Below are positions 51,056 through 59,606 of a stretch of DNA of 64,000 nucleotides, piece by piece. Every line of letters begins with the position of its first letter. The stretch's first letter is position 1. The stretch lies in the NCBI GenBank assembly GCA_035647375.1, contig DASRNO010000081.1, positions 8,618-72,617 of the forward strand, read 5' to 3'. The translations under genes were made by a program, and so were the position numbers. Under the pieces are notes generated by a model, which searched no databases, had not been told where the DNA came from, and saw nothing but the letters and a program-made list of their open reading frames with translations. Source of the stretch: Bacteroidaceae bacterium (lineage in GTDB: Bacteria > Bacteroidota > Bacteroidia > Bacteroidales > Bacteroidaceae).

Positions 51056-51724
51056 TTATTTTTTTCTTATTATAGAAATACCGTCTCTTAACGGAATTAT
51101 AACCACCTCTACCCGTTTATCTGCGGCAACTAAATCGTTAAAGCGCATAATCGATACTGTATGTCTGTCAAGATAACGCTCCGGATCTATAACATTTCCA
51201 TTCCATAGAGTATTATCGGCAACGATATAACCACCACTTTTCACATATTCAAAGAACTTTGAGTAATACTTGGGATACTCTCTTTTATCTCCATCAATAA
51301 AAACCATATCAAAAGTTTCGCCCAAATTAGGAACTAATTTTAAAGCATCTCCTATATGTAACTCTATTCTATCTCTGTATCCTGATCTATTAATCCATTT
51401 TTTTATAAATGGCTCTAGTTCATCATTTATCTCTACAGTATGGATTAAGCCTCCTTTAGGGAGTCCCTCAGCTATACAGATTGTTGAATAAGCTGTAAAA
51501 GTTCCTATCTCTAAAACCATTTTTGGCTGTATCATTTTTGTCAACATTTTCAAGAAACGCCCCTGAATTTGACCAGACGCCATTCTAGGATTAATCAACT
51601 TCAAATTGGTATTACGATATAACGAGCTTAAAAATTCGCCCTCATCATCAATATGATTAATAATATACCTTTCAAGAACATCCTCTCCAGTATAACCTAT
51701 TGCATTAAACAGTCTCTGACCCAC
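51056..51724 (-). CDS. Class I SAM-dependent O-methyltransferase (family 3, caffeoyl-CoA OMT/YrrM-like)
   Basis: This is a 222 aa protein with the motifs VLEIGTFTAYSTICIAEGL and FIDGDKREY. It has a GTG start. Confidence 0.8.
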   Translation of the reverse strand: MGQRLFNAIGYTGEDVLERYIINHIDDEGEFLSSLYRNTNLKLINPRMASGQIQGRFLKMLTKMIQPKMVLEIGTFTAYSTICIAEGLPKGGLIHTVEINDELEPFIKKWINRSGYRDRIELHIGDALKLVPNLGETFDMVFIDGDKREYPKYYSKFFEYVKSGGYIVADNTLWNGNVIDPERYLDRHTVSIMRFNDLVAADKRVEVVIIPLRDGISIIRKK

Positions 51725-51758
51725 AAAAAAACAATTAATTATCTTAAATAAAAAACAC

Positions 51759-51766
51759 TACCTTTG
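51759..51766 (+). promoter_or_regulatory. -7 box TACCTTTG upstream of xerD
   Basis: Exact TAnnTTTG match about 75 nt upstream of the ATG at 51842. Confidence 0.4.
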
Positions 51767-51787
51767 AGATGGTAATTTTACCATGCG

Positions 51788-51795
51788 CAAAGATA
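51788..51795 (-). promoter_or_regulatory. -7 box TATCTTTG upstream of the OMT-rbfA-lolE-like operon
   Basis: Exact TAnnTTTG match on the reverse strand, about 65 nt upstream of the GTG at 51724. Confidence 0.45.
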
Positions 51796-51841
51796 ACGAG
51801 TTATTCTTAATTATATGACAATTAATCCCGGGCTTTAAAAC

Positions 51842-52765
51842 ATGGAGAGAATAGATAAAGCTAAAAAAAAACCATTTAACACCATTCAACGGTATAAACG
51901 ATTTTTACTGTTAGAAAAATCGTTATCCCGTAACACTCTAATTGCCTATATAGAAGATGCAAAAAAAATATTGTCTTTTCTTGAAGTTGAAAACATTGAT
52001 ATCTGTGATATTACTCTTAATCATCTGCACTCATTTGTTGCCGAACTTAGTGATATGGGAATCTCACCTAAATCACAGTGCAGAATTATTTCCGGAGTTA
52101 AATCCTACTTAAATTTTCTTACACTTGACGGATATCTCAAAGAGAATCCCGGTACTCTGTTAGAATCTCCAAAAACAGGACGAAAGCTACCGTATATTCT
52201 CTCAATATACGAGATAGATCAGATTATAAATACAGTAGACCTCTCCACTCAGGAAGGACATAGAGACAGAGCTATCGTTGAGACACTCTACAGTTGCGGA
52301 TTGAGAGTCTCTGAACTATGCGATTTAAAACTCTCTAATCTCTATTTTGAAGAGGGTTTTGTAAAAGTTGAAGGCAAGGGAAACAAACAGCGCTTAGTAC
52401 CAATTTCAAAAAAAGCAATAAGCGAAATCAAGCTTTACATAAATGACCGACAAACTTTCAATATTAAACCCGGAAATGAGGACTTCCTCTTCCTTAGTCG
52501 CCGAAGAGGAACACAATTATCAAGAATCACCATTTTTCATATTATTAAATCATTAAGCCAATCAGCCGGCATAAAAAAAGAGATTAGCCCGCACACTTTC
52601 CGTCACTCATTTGCAACCCATTTACTTGAAGGAGGGGCAAATATAAGAGCTATTCAGTGTATGCTTGGTCATGAAAAAATATCTACAACAGAAATATATA
52701 CTCATATTAGTGGGAAAAGACTTATGGAAGAAATTCTTACTCATCATCCACGTAACATAATGTAA
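51842..52765 (+). CDS. xerD: Site-specific tyrosine recombinase XerD
   Basis: This is a 307 aa protein with the motifs RDRAIVETLYSCGLRVSEL, HTFRHSFATHLLEGGANIRAIQCMLGHEKISTTEIYTH. Confidence 0.85.
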   Translation: MERIDKAKKKPFNTIQRYKRFLLLEKSLSRNTLIAYIEDAKKILSFLEVENIDICDITLNHLHSFVAELSDMGISPKSQCRIISGVKSYLNFLTLDGYLKENPGTLLESPKTGRKLPYILSIYEIDQIINTVDLSTQEGHRDRAIVETLYSCGLRVSELCDLKLSNLYFEEGFVKVEGKGNKQRLVPISKKAISEIKLYINDRQTFNIKPGNEDFLFLSRRRGTQLSRITIFHIIKSLSQSAGIKKEISPHTFRHSFATHLLEGGANIRAIQCMLGHEKISTTEIYTHISGKRLMEEILTHHPRNIM

Positions 52766-52836
52766 CTATATGCTTTATTTGGTATATCATTTCAAATAAA
52801 GTCAAATAAAGAACTATTTTTATCAATTCTTTTTCC

Positions 52837-52844
52837 TATTTTTG
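52837..52844 (+). promoter_or_regulatory. -7 box TATTTTTG upstream of the TPR lipoprotein gene
   Basis: Exact TAnnTTTG match about 54 nt upstream of the ATG at 52898. Confidence 0.45.
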
Positions 52845-52897
52845 TCTCTGTTTGTAACTTATTTGAACCTAATTATTTATTTTTAATACAGTAAAGT

Positions 52898-54589
52898 ATG
52901 TCAAAAACAATGCGTTTTGCGCTTTTTAGCGCAGGAATTCTATTACTGGCTTCATGTAAGTCCAGTCTTGGTGAAATCTCTCCAGATTCTATAAATGTTA
53001 CTCCCCAGATACTGGAGGCCGTGAACGGAAAAGTTCCAGCAACTATAAACGGAACATTTCCTGCAAAGTATTTTCATAAAAAAGCAGTTTTGACTGTTAC
53101 ACCCGTTCTTCAATGGGAAGGTGGATCTGTTAAAGGAGAATCTATCACTCTACAGGGTGAATCTATAGAGGGTAATAATCAGGTAGTTGCTAAGGATGCT
53201 GGAGGTACTTACAAATTGAATGCTTCTTTCGACTATCAGCCCGAAATGGCAAAGTCTGAACTCTATCTTTTCTTTGATGCAACAGTAAAAGGGAAAGAGG
53301 TATCTGTGTCGCCAGTAAAAATTGCCGACGGTGTTATATCCACATCACAGCTTTACTCCAATACTGCCGCCAAAGCATTTACTGCTCCCTCTGAGGATGC
53401 ATTTCAACGTGTTATAAAACAGGCTACCGAGGCTAATATTATGTTTGTTATACAGCAGGCAAACATTCGCTCTAGTGAACTCAAATCAGATGCAATAAAC
53501 ACCTTGAAAGAGTCGATGAAGAGTGTTGCAGGCGATACAAAAAATTTTGGAGTTGAGAATGTAAAAGTTTCAGCTTATGCTTCGCCTGACGGTGCTATAG
53601 ATCTTAACGAAAGGCTTGCAAGTCAACGCGAGAAAAATGCTAAATCCTATATCCAAAAAGAGATGAAAGCTAGTAAACTTGATGCTGCACTTGATACTAA
53701 ATACACTGCAGAAGATTGGGACGGATTTAAAACTCTTGTAGAGAAATCTGATCTTCAGGATAAAGATCTGATTCTACGAATTCTCTCCATGTATACAGAT
53801 CCTGAGCGTCGCGAAGCCGAAATTAAAAATCTTTCTTCCGTATACAAAGAATTGGCTGAAGATATTCTGCCCCAGCTTCGCCGTGCCCGCCTGACTCTAA
53901 ACTATCAGATAATTGGCCGTTCAGACGACGAAATTAAGGAGGCTTATAAAAGTGATCCAAATACACTGAGCCTGGAAGAGCTTCTTTATTGTGCCACTCT
54001 AGCTAACAATGATGCTGAAAAGAGGGCAATCTATACAAATATTTCCAACATTTTCCCCAATGATTATCGCGCTTTCAATAATCTGGGCGAACTGGCATTT
54101 AAGGAGGGAGATTTTGCCTTAGCAGGTACAAACTATAATAAAGCATTTAGAATTAACTCTTCAGCTCCCGAGGTTAACACCAATTTAGGTCTTTTGGCTC
54201 TTGCTCAGGGTAAACCTGCCGAAGCAGAGACATATTTATCTAAAGGAGGCGATAGCAGCGCTAATAAAGAGGCTCTAGGCAATCTTTACATAGCTCAAGG
54301 ACAATATGATCGCGCTCTTAGCTCGTTAAGAGGTTCAAATACAGACAGTGAGGCCTTAGCTCTTATAATGACAAAAGATTATACCGGAGCTACCAAAACT
54401 CTCTCTTCAATTGCAACTCCTAGTGGATACACTTATTATCTGAATGCTATTGTAGCTGCTCGTACAAACGATTCAGCCGCTGTTGCTCAAAACCTGAAAA
54501 AAGCTGTAGCTGCCGATTCATCGTTGAGAGCTAAAGCTCTTGAAGATATTGAGTTTGCAAAATATCAAAGTGAAGTTGTGAGTCTTTGA
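52898..54589 (+). CDS. Hypothetical lipoprotein: N-terminal beta-rich domain, degenerate OmpA-C-like segment, C-terminal TPR repeats
   Basis: This is a 563 aa protein with a lipobox (ILLLASCKS). The mid-region YASPDGAIDLNERLASQREKNAKSYI resembles the OmpA-like peptidoglycan-binding core. TPR-like repeats run from about residue 380 (YRAFNNLGELAFKEGDFALAGTNYNKA...). Confidence 0.55.
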   Translation: MSKTMRFALFSAGILLLASCKSSLGEISPDSINVTPQILEAVNGKVPATINGTFPAKYFHKKAVLTVTPVLQWEGGSVKGESITLQGESIEGNNQVVAKDAGGTYKLNASFDYQPEMAKSELYLFFDATVKGKEVSVSPVKIADGVISTSQLYSNTAAKAFTAPSEDAFQRVIKQATEANIMFVIQQANIRSSELKSDAINTLKESMKSVAGDTKNFGVENVKVSAYASPDGAIDLNERLASQREKNAKSYIQKEMKASKLDAALDTKYTAEDWDGFKTLVEKSDLQDKDLILRILSMYTDPERREAEIKNLSSVYKELAEDILPQLRRARLTLNYQIIGRSDDEIKEAYKSDPNTLSLEELLYCATLANNDAEKRAIYTNISNIFPNDYRAFNNLGELAFKEGDFALAGTNYNKAFRINSSAPEVNTNLGLLALAQGKPAEAETYLSKGGDSSANKEALGNLYIAQGQYDRALSSLRGSNTDSEALALIMTKDYTGATKTLSSIATPSGYTYYLNAIVAARTNDSAAVAQNLKKAVAADSSLRAKALEDIEFAKYQSEVVSL

Positions 54590-54601
54590 CAATATACAAA
54601 T

Positions 54602-55729
54602 GTGATATCTCCAAAAGACGAGCTTACTGCGCTTATAACCTTGACAAAAATAAAAGGTTTAAGTTTAGCCGAAACCAAATATCTTTTTAATCAGGTTGAG
54701 AGTGTTATAGATCTTTTTAAATATCACAACAGACTTTCTGAATTGATTTCCGGGATTAGTCCACGCCTAACAGAGGCGTTGGACGATCCCGGATCTCTTT
54801 TGTTAGCTGAGAAAGAGGTAGAGTTTATATATAAAAATGACATTAAATGTCTTACCATAAACGACACCGATTACCCCAATCGACTTAGAGAGTGCGATGA
54901 TGCTCCATTGGTTCTCTATTATCTTGGTAATGCAAATTTAAATGCCAAAAAGATTGTAAGTGTTGTTGGTTCAAGAAAAGCTACAGATTACGGTAAAGAG
55001 ATCTGTAATATGTTTATTCGCGATTTAAGCTCTCTTTGTCCTGATGCTATAATTGTAAGTGGTTTGGCTTTTGGAATCGACGTAGAGGCTCACAAAGCGT
55101 CAATCAACCACAATTTAGATACTGTAGGTGTTCTTGCTCACGGATTAGACAGAATCTATCCAAGTGCTAATCGTAGAATAGCCAAAGATATGGTCTTAAA
55201 TGGAGGTTTACTTACCGAGTTTATGAGCGAAACTATACCGTTTAAAATGAATTTTGTAAGACGTAACAGAATTGTTGCCGGAATATCTGATGCTGTAGTA
55301 GTTGTAGAGTCTGCCGAACGTGGAGGCTCTTTAATCACAGCTGAACTGGCAGAAGGATATAACAGAGACTGTTTTGCTTTTCCTGGAAATATCTTCAGTT
55401 TAAGCTCAATGGGTTGTAACTATTTGATAAGAGATAACAAAGCCTCGCTAATTACCTCAGCCCAAGATTTTATAAACATTATGAATTGGGAAGTCAATAG
55501 TATAACCAAAATCGGACATGAAAAACAGGGATCTCTAATTTTTGACCTTTCAAACGAAGAGAATAAAATCCTTAATTATATGAAACTCTATCCACAAGGA
55601 TCCCATATAGACACTCTACTCTCTGAATTTGATCTCTCTATAGGAAAAATATCCTCACTTCTTATAGAAATGGAGATTAAAGGAGTTATTAAATCTCTTT
55701 CAGGAGGTCTTTACAAAGCTATAATATAA
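54602..55729 (+). CDS. dprA: DNA-processing protein DprA (Smf)
   Basis: This is a 375 aa protein with a Rossmann-like DprA core (VVGSRKATDYG, SGLAFGIDVEAHKA, ERGGSLITA). It has a GTG start. Confidence 0.9.
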   Translation: MISPKDELTALITLTKIKGLSLAETKYLFNQVESVIDLFKYHNRLSELISGISPRLTEALDDPGSLLLAEKEVEFIYKNDIKCLTINDTDYPNRLRECDDAPLVLYYLGNANLNAKKIVSVVGSRKATDYGKEICNMFIRDLSSLCPDAIIVSGLAFGIDVEAHKASINHNLDTVGVLAHGLDRIYPSANRRIAKDMVLNGGLLTEFMSETIPFKMNFVRRNRIVAGISDAVVVVESAERGGSLITAELAEGYNRDCFAFPGNIFSLSSMGCNYLIRDNKASLITSAQDFINIMNWEVNSITKIGHEKQGSLIFDLSNEENKILNYMKLYPQGSHIDTLLSEFDLSIGKISSLLIEMEIKGVIKSLSGGLYKAII

Positions 55730-55753
55730 AAAGTTTCTCTGAGATAAAGCTAA

Positions 55754-55793
55754 CTAACGGTATCAAAAGAGCTATCTCTTTTGATACCGTTAG
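55754..55793. terminator. 18-bp perfect hairpin between convergent dprA and frdB; probable bidirectional terminator
   Basis: The structure is CTAACGGTATCAAAAGAG - CTAT - CTCTTTTGATACCGTTAG. It lies 25 nt after the dprA stop and 23 nt after the frdB stop. The flanking U-tracts are weak. Confidence 0.65.
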
Positions 55794-55815
55794 TATTAAT
55801 GATATATACGATTAA

Positions 55816-56571
55816 TTAATCCTTAAGCTTAGCCTTTATAAACTCTCTGTTCAAACGAGCTATATGACTAATTGAAACAGACTTTGGACACTCTACCTCA
55901 CAAGCTCTTGTATTGGTACAGTTGCCAAATCCCAATTCATCCATCTTGCTAATCATAGATTTAGCCCTTTTATAAGATTCTATCTTACCCTGTTCTAAAA
56001 GTGCCAACTGGCTCACTTTAGCCGATACAAAAAGCATAGCTGAACCATTCTTACAGGCTGCCACACATGCTCCACAGCCTATACAAGAGGCAGCATCCAT
56101 AGCCAATTCAGCTTTATCTTTCGAGATCAATATAGTATTAGCGTCTTGAGCTCCTCCCGTATTTACAGAAGTGTACCCTCCTGCTTGAATTATCTTGTCA
56201 AATGCTCTACGATCAACCATTAAGTCTCTTATAACAGGGAATCCGGCAGCACGCCAAGGCTCAACGGTAATTGTCTCTCCCTCTTTAAAACGACGCATAT
56301 AAAGCTGGCAAGTAGTCGCAGCCGAAGCTGGTCCATGAGGTTGCCCATTAACATAGAGCGAACACATGCCGCAAATTCCCTCGCGACAATCATGATCAAA
56401 AACCACCGGTTCTTCTCCCTTCTCTATAAGTTGTTCGTTTAGAATATCAAGCATCTCAAGAAAAGAGGTATCCGTAGAAATATCCTTCAACTTATAAGTC
56501 TTAAAACCTCCCCTCTCTTTTGGACCTCTTTGACGCCATACTTTCAATGTAAAACTAATATTTTTATCCAT
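55816..56571 (-). CDS. frdB: Quinol:fumarate reductase / succinate dehydrogenase iron-sulfur subunit
   Basis: This is a 251 aa protein with three Cys clusters ([33 protein letters not shown]). Confidence 0.95.
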   Translation of the reverse strand: MDKNISFTLKVWRQRGPKERGGFKTYKLKDISTDTSFLEMLDILNEQLIEKGEEPVVFDHDCREGICGMCSLYVNGQPHGPASAATTCQLYMRRFKEGETITVEPWRAAGFPVIRDLMVDRRAFDKIIQAGGYTSVNTGGAQDANTILISKDKAELAMDAASCIGCGACVAACKNGSAMLFVSAKVSQLALLEQGKIESYKRAKSMISKMDELGFGNCTNTRACEVECPKSVSISHIARLNREFIKAKLKD

Positions 56572-56582
56572 AACGTTTTCTA

Positions 56583-58544
56583 TTAATTTTTATAGTTACG
56601 TGTCTGTACCTTAGTATACTCATAGTTCAAATACTCTTTCAGTAGTTCAGGTTTTTTATCTTCACCCTTATATATCCAGCAAGAGACATAAGAGAATTCA
56701 TCATCGTTTCTCAAAGCTTCACCCTCAGAAGTCTGATATTCTTCTCTAAAATGACCTCCGCAAGACTCTTCACGATTCAATGCATCATAAGCCATAAGCT
56801 TACCTACTTCTATAAAATCTAATAAACGTAACGCCTTCTCAAGCTCAACATTAAGAGAATTAGCCTCGCCTGGTACCAATAAATCACTCCAAAAAATCTT
56901 CTCTATATCTTCAAGTTTCTTTAAGGCTGTTTTCAAGGACTCCTCTGTTCTTCCCATCCCAACATAGTCCCACATAATATGACCTAATTCTTTGTGAATC
57001 GAATCAACCGAACGTTTACCCCTAATTCCCATTATCTTAGCTATTTTCTCTTTGATCTCTTTTTCCGCCTGAGCAAATTCAGGCATATCTATGCTAAATT
57101 TTGGAATTTGAATCTGATCTGCCAAATAATTCTGAATAGTATAAGGTAGTACAAAATAACCATCGGCAAGACCTTGCATCAATGCCGACGCTCCAAGACG
57201 ATTCGCACCATGATCAGAGAAATTACACTCTCCTATAGCGAACAAACCGGGTATTGATGTTTGTAATTCGTAGTCAACCCATATTCCACCCATGGTATAG
57301 TGAATAGCCGGGAAAATCATCATCGGATTTTTATAAGGATCAACATCAGTTATCTCTTCGTACATATCGAACAAGTTTCCATATCTTTCAGAGACTGTTT
57401 TCTTCCCAAGTCTATCTATAGCATATTTAAAATCTAAAAAGACTGCAAGACCTGTGTTATTCACACCGAAACCAGCGTCACAGCGCTCTTTAGCGGCACG
57501 CGAAGCCACATCTCTAGGTACCAAATTTCCAAATGCAGGATATCTTCGTTCTAAGTAAAAATCCCTATCCTCATCGGGAATATCATTTGGCTTAATTAAT
57601 CCCTGACGTAGTTTCTCAGCATCCTCAAGTCTCTTTGGAACCCATATTCTTCCATCATTACGCAAAGACTCCGACATTAAGGTCAATTTTGACTGTTTGT
57701 CTCCATGCACAGGTATACAAGTGGGATGAATCTGGGCAAAAGCCGGATTCGAGAACCAAGCCCCCTTACGGTAACACTGTATAGCAGCGGAGCCATTACT
57801 CGCAATAGCATTAGTTGAAAGATAATAGGCGTTACCATATCCCCCTGTTCCAATAACCACAGCATGGGCAGAACAGCGTTTAATCTCTCCGGATACAAGA
57901 TCTCTATATATTATGCCCCGAGCCCTTTCCTCTCCATCTTCCTCTTTTATCAATACAACGTCTAACATTTCACAACGTGTAAACAACTCGACAGTACCAA
58001 GAGCAACCTGACGGCTTAATGCAGAATATGCTCCCAACAAGAGTTGCTGACCAGTCTGACCGCGAGCATAAAAAGTTCTAGAAACCTGTGCTCCTCCAAA
58101 AGAGCGATTATCCAACAGTCCACCATATTCACGTGCAAAAGGAACTCCTTGAGCAACACATTGGTCAATTATGCTGTTTGACACTTCAGCTAAGCGATAA
58201 ACATTAGCCTCTCGTGAACGATAATCTCCACCCTTGATAGTATCATAAAACAGACGATAAACTGAATCTCCATCGTTCTGATAATTCTTTGCCGCATTTA
58301 TTCCACCCTGAGCTGCAATAGAGTGAGCTCTACGAGGCGAGTCTTGTATGCAAAAACACTTGACATTAAAACCCAGCTCACCCAACGCTGCTGCCGCCGA
58401 AGCTCCAGCAAGACCACTTCCCACAATAACTATATCAAGTTTTCTCTTGTTAGCCGGATTTACAAGCTTTTGATGGGCTTTATAATTTGTCCATTTCTCT
58501 GACAGAACACCCACCGGGATTTTTGAATTAATATCTTTAGACAT
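56583..58544 (-). CDS. frdA: Quinol:fumarate reductase / succinate dehydrogenase flavoprotein subunit
   Basis: This is a 653 aa protein with the FAD motif [13 protein letters not shown] and the covalent-FAD His region ([14 protein letters not shown]). Confidence 0.96.
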   Translation of the reverse strand: MSKDINSKIPVGVLSEKWTNYKAHQKLVNPANKRKLDIVIVGSGLAGASAAAALGELGFNVKCFCIQDSPRRAHSIAAQGGINAAKNYQNDGDSVYRLFYDTIKGGDYRSREANVYRLAEVSNSIIDQCVAQGVPFAREYGGLLDNRSFGGAQVSRTFYARGQTGQQLLLGAYSALSRQVALGTVELFTRCEMLDVVLIKEEDGEERARGIIYRDLVSGEIKRCSAHAVVIGTGGYGNAYYLSTNAIASNGSAAIQCYRKGAWFSNPAFAQIHPTCIPVHGDKQSKLTLMSESLRNDGRIWVPKRLEDAEKLRQGLIKPNDIPDEDRDFYLERRYPAFGNLVPRDVASRAAKERCDAGFGVNNTGLAVFLDFKYAIDRLGKKTVSERYGNLFDMYEEITDVDPYKNPMMIFPAIHYTMGGIWVDYELQTSIPGLFAIGECNFSDHGANRLGASALMQGLADGYFVLPYTIQNYLADQIQIPKFSIDMPEFAQAEKEIKEKIAKIMGIRGKRSVDSIHKELGHIMWDYVGMGRTEESLKTALKKLEDIEKIFWSDLLVPGEANSLNVELEKALRLLDFIEVGKLMAYDALNREESCGGHFREEYQTSEGEALRNDDEFSYVSCWIYKGEDKKPELLKEYLNYEYTKVQTRNYKN

Positions 58545-58571
58545 ATATAATGTTTTTATTATTCAACAATT

Positions 58572-59276
58572 TTAAGGCAGACAGATAACACCCACCGATT
58601 TAAGCCAAAATATCAAGACTACCGCCACAAACATAAGAATTACCAAAGTGACAAAAATTTTTCCAATCACCTGCCAACGATTAAACCAAATCTGATTATT
58701 CCACCCTAAAGTATGCAAAGCACTCCAAAAGCCATGTGAAAGATGAAACCAAATAGCCGCAAACCATATAAGGTATAGAATTACAATCCATGTATTACTG
58801 AACGTAAGAGCAATAATTGCCGCTCCATTTGTGGGCTCAATTAATTCTCCATTCATAATCACTCCATGACTCCCTATTATTTCCTGTAATTGCATTTTTG
58901 CCCAAAAATTAGTTAGATGAAGAACAAGCCCAAGTATTACAATAATACCTAGAACAAACATGTTCTGCGAAGCCCACTCCACCCCTTTAGGCCTTGTTTT
59001 CATGGAGTAACGTCTAAGCCCTCCAACAGCCTTAAGATTACGATATGTTAGCACAAATGCTAAAATAAAATGGATTAATACCAAAACGGCTAAACCCACA
59101 CTGGCCAACAGAGCGTACCAATTAGCTCCTAAGAAAGCGCAAATCGCATTATAGGCCTCACTTGAAAAAAGAGCTACGACATTCATACTGCCGTGAAACA
59201 GTAGAAAAAGTAAAAGTGCCGCTCCCGTTACGCTCATCAGCACTTTTCTACCTACAGAAGAATTTAATAACCACAT
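58572..59276 (-). CDS. frdC: Fumarate reductase / succinate dehydrogenase cytochrome b membrane subunit
   Basis: This is a 234 aa protein with about 5 TM helices and conserved His residues. It is the first gene of the C-A-B order typical of Bacteroides-type fumarate reductase. Confidence 0.88.
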   Translation of the reverse strand: MWLLNSSVGRKVLMSVTGAALLLFLLFHGSMNVVALFSSEAYNAICAFLGANWYALLASVGLAVLVLIHFILAFVLTYRNLKAVGGLRRYSMKTRPKGVEWASQNMFVLGIIVILGLVLHLTNFWAKMQLQEIIGSHGVIMNGELIEPTNGAAIIALTFSNTWIVILYLIWFAAIWFHLSHGFWSALHTLGWNNQIWFNRWQVIGKIFVTLVILMFVAVVLIFWLKSVGVICLP

Positions 59277-59332
59277 AAAATAATGATTTGTTGATGTTTG
59301 ATTTGAATTCTTTATATAAAAAATCAGCAGTG

Positions 59333-59340
59333 CAAAGTTA
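59333..59340 (-). promoter_or_regulatory. -7 box TAACTTTG upstream of frdCAB
   Basis: Exact TAnnTTTG match on the reverse strand, about 57 nt upstream of the frdC ATG. Confidence 0.45.
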
Positions 59341-59464
59341 AGCTAATTAAATCTTGCGTACAACTATTTATTTTTTTGTCCTAAACAAATCCGTATTTAG
59401 CTTGATTCCTATTCATAAACCATCAATTTTTTCTTATAATTGATTTAAATAACTACTAATAACT

Positions 59465-59489
59465 ATGCATAAAAACAAAAATTATGCAT
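59465..59489. repeat. 8-bp perfect inverted repeat ATGCATAA-N9-TTATGCAT, with a third near-copy TTGCATAA at 59493-59500
   Basis: Read directly from the sequence in the frdC-mnmG divergent intergenic region. Confidence 0.7.
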
Positions 59490-59586
59490 GGCTTGCATAA
59501 AAGATAAAAATCCTTTTAAATGTGAATAAATAGAGGGCTAATAGCAATTAGTAACAGTTCAAGTAAATTATAGTCCAGATTTTTAA

Positions 59587-59594
59587 TACTTTTG
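59587..59594 (+). promoter_or_regulatory. -7 box TACTTTTG upstream of mnmG (very short leader)
   Basis: Exact TAnnTTTG match ending 12 nt before the ATG at 59607. It overlaps the TTG (59592) used by the ORF track, which favours the ATG at 59607. Confidence 0.4.
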
Positions 59595-59606
59595 TATTTG
59601 AAAAAT

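Noticed and set aside
51842-52765. A second tyrosine recombinase might be a mobile-element integrase.
   Set aside because: It has XerD-like motifs and length. It is flanked by rbfA/O-methyltransferase and a lipoprotein/dprA, with no repeats or foreign-looking genes.
59277-59606. This region might be the replication origin (oriC), because it is AT-rich and adjacent to mnmG/gidA.
   Set aside because: I found only one relaxed DnaA-box match (59521-59529). There is no cluster of boxes, no dnaA or dnaN nearby, and no obvious AT-rich 13-mer repeats.
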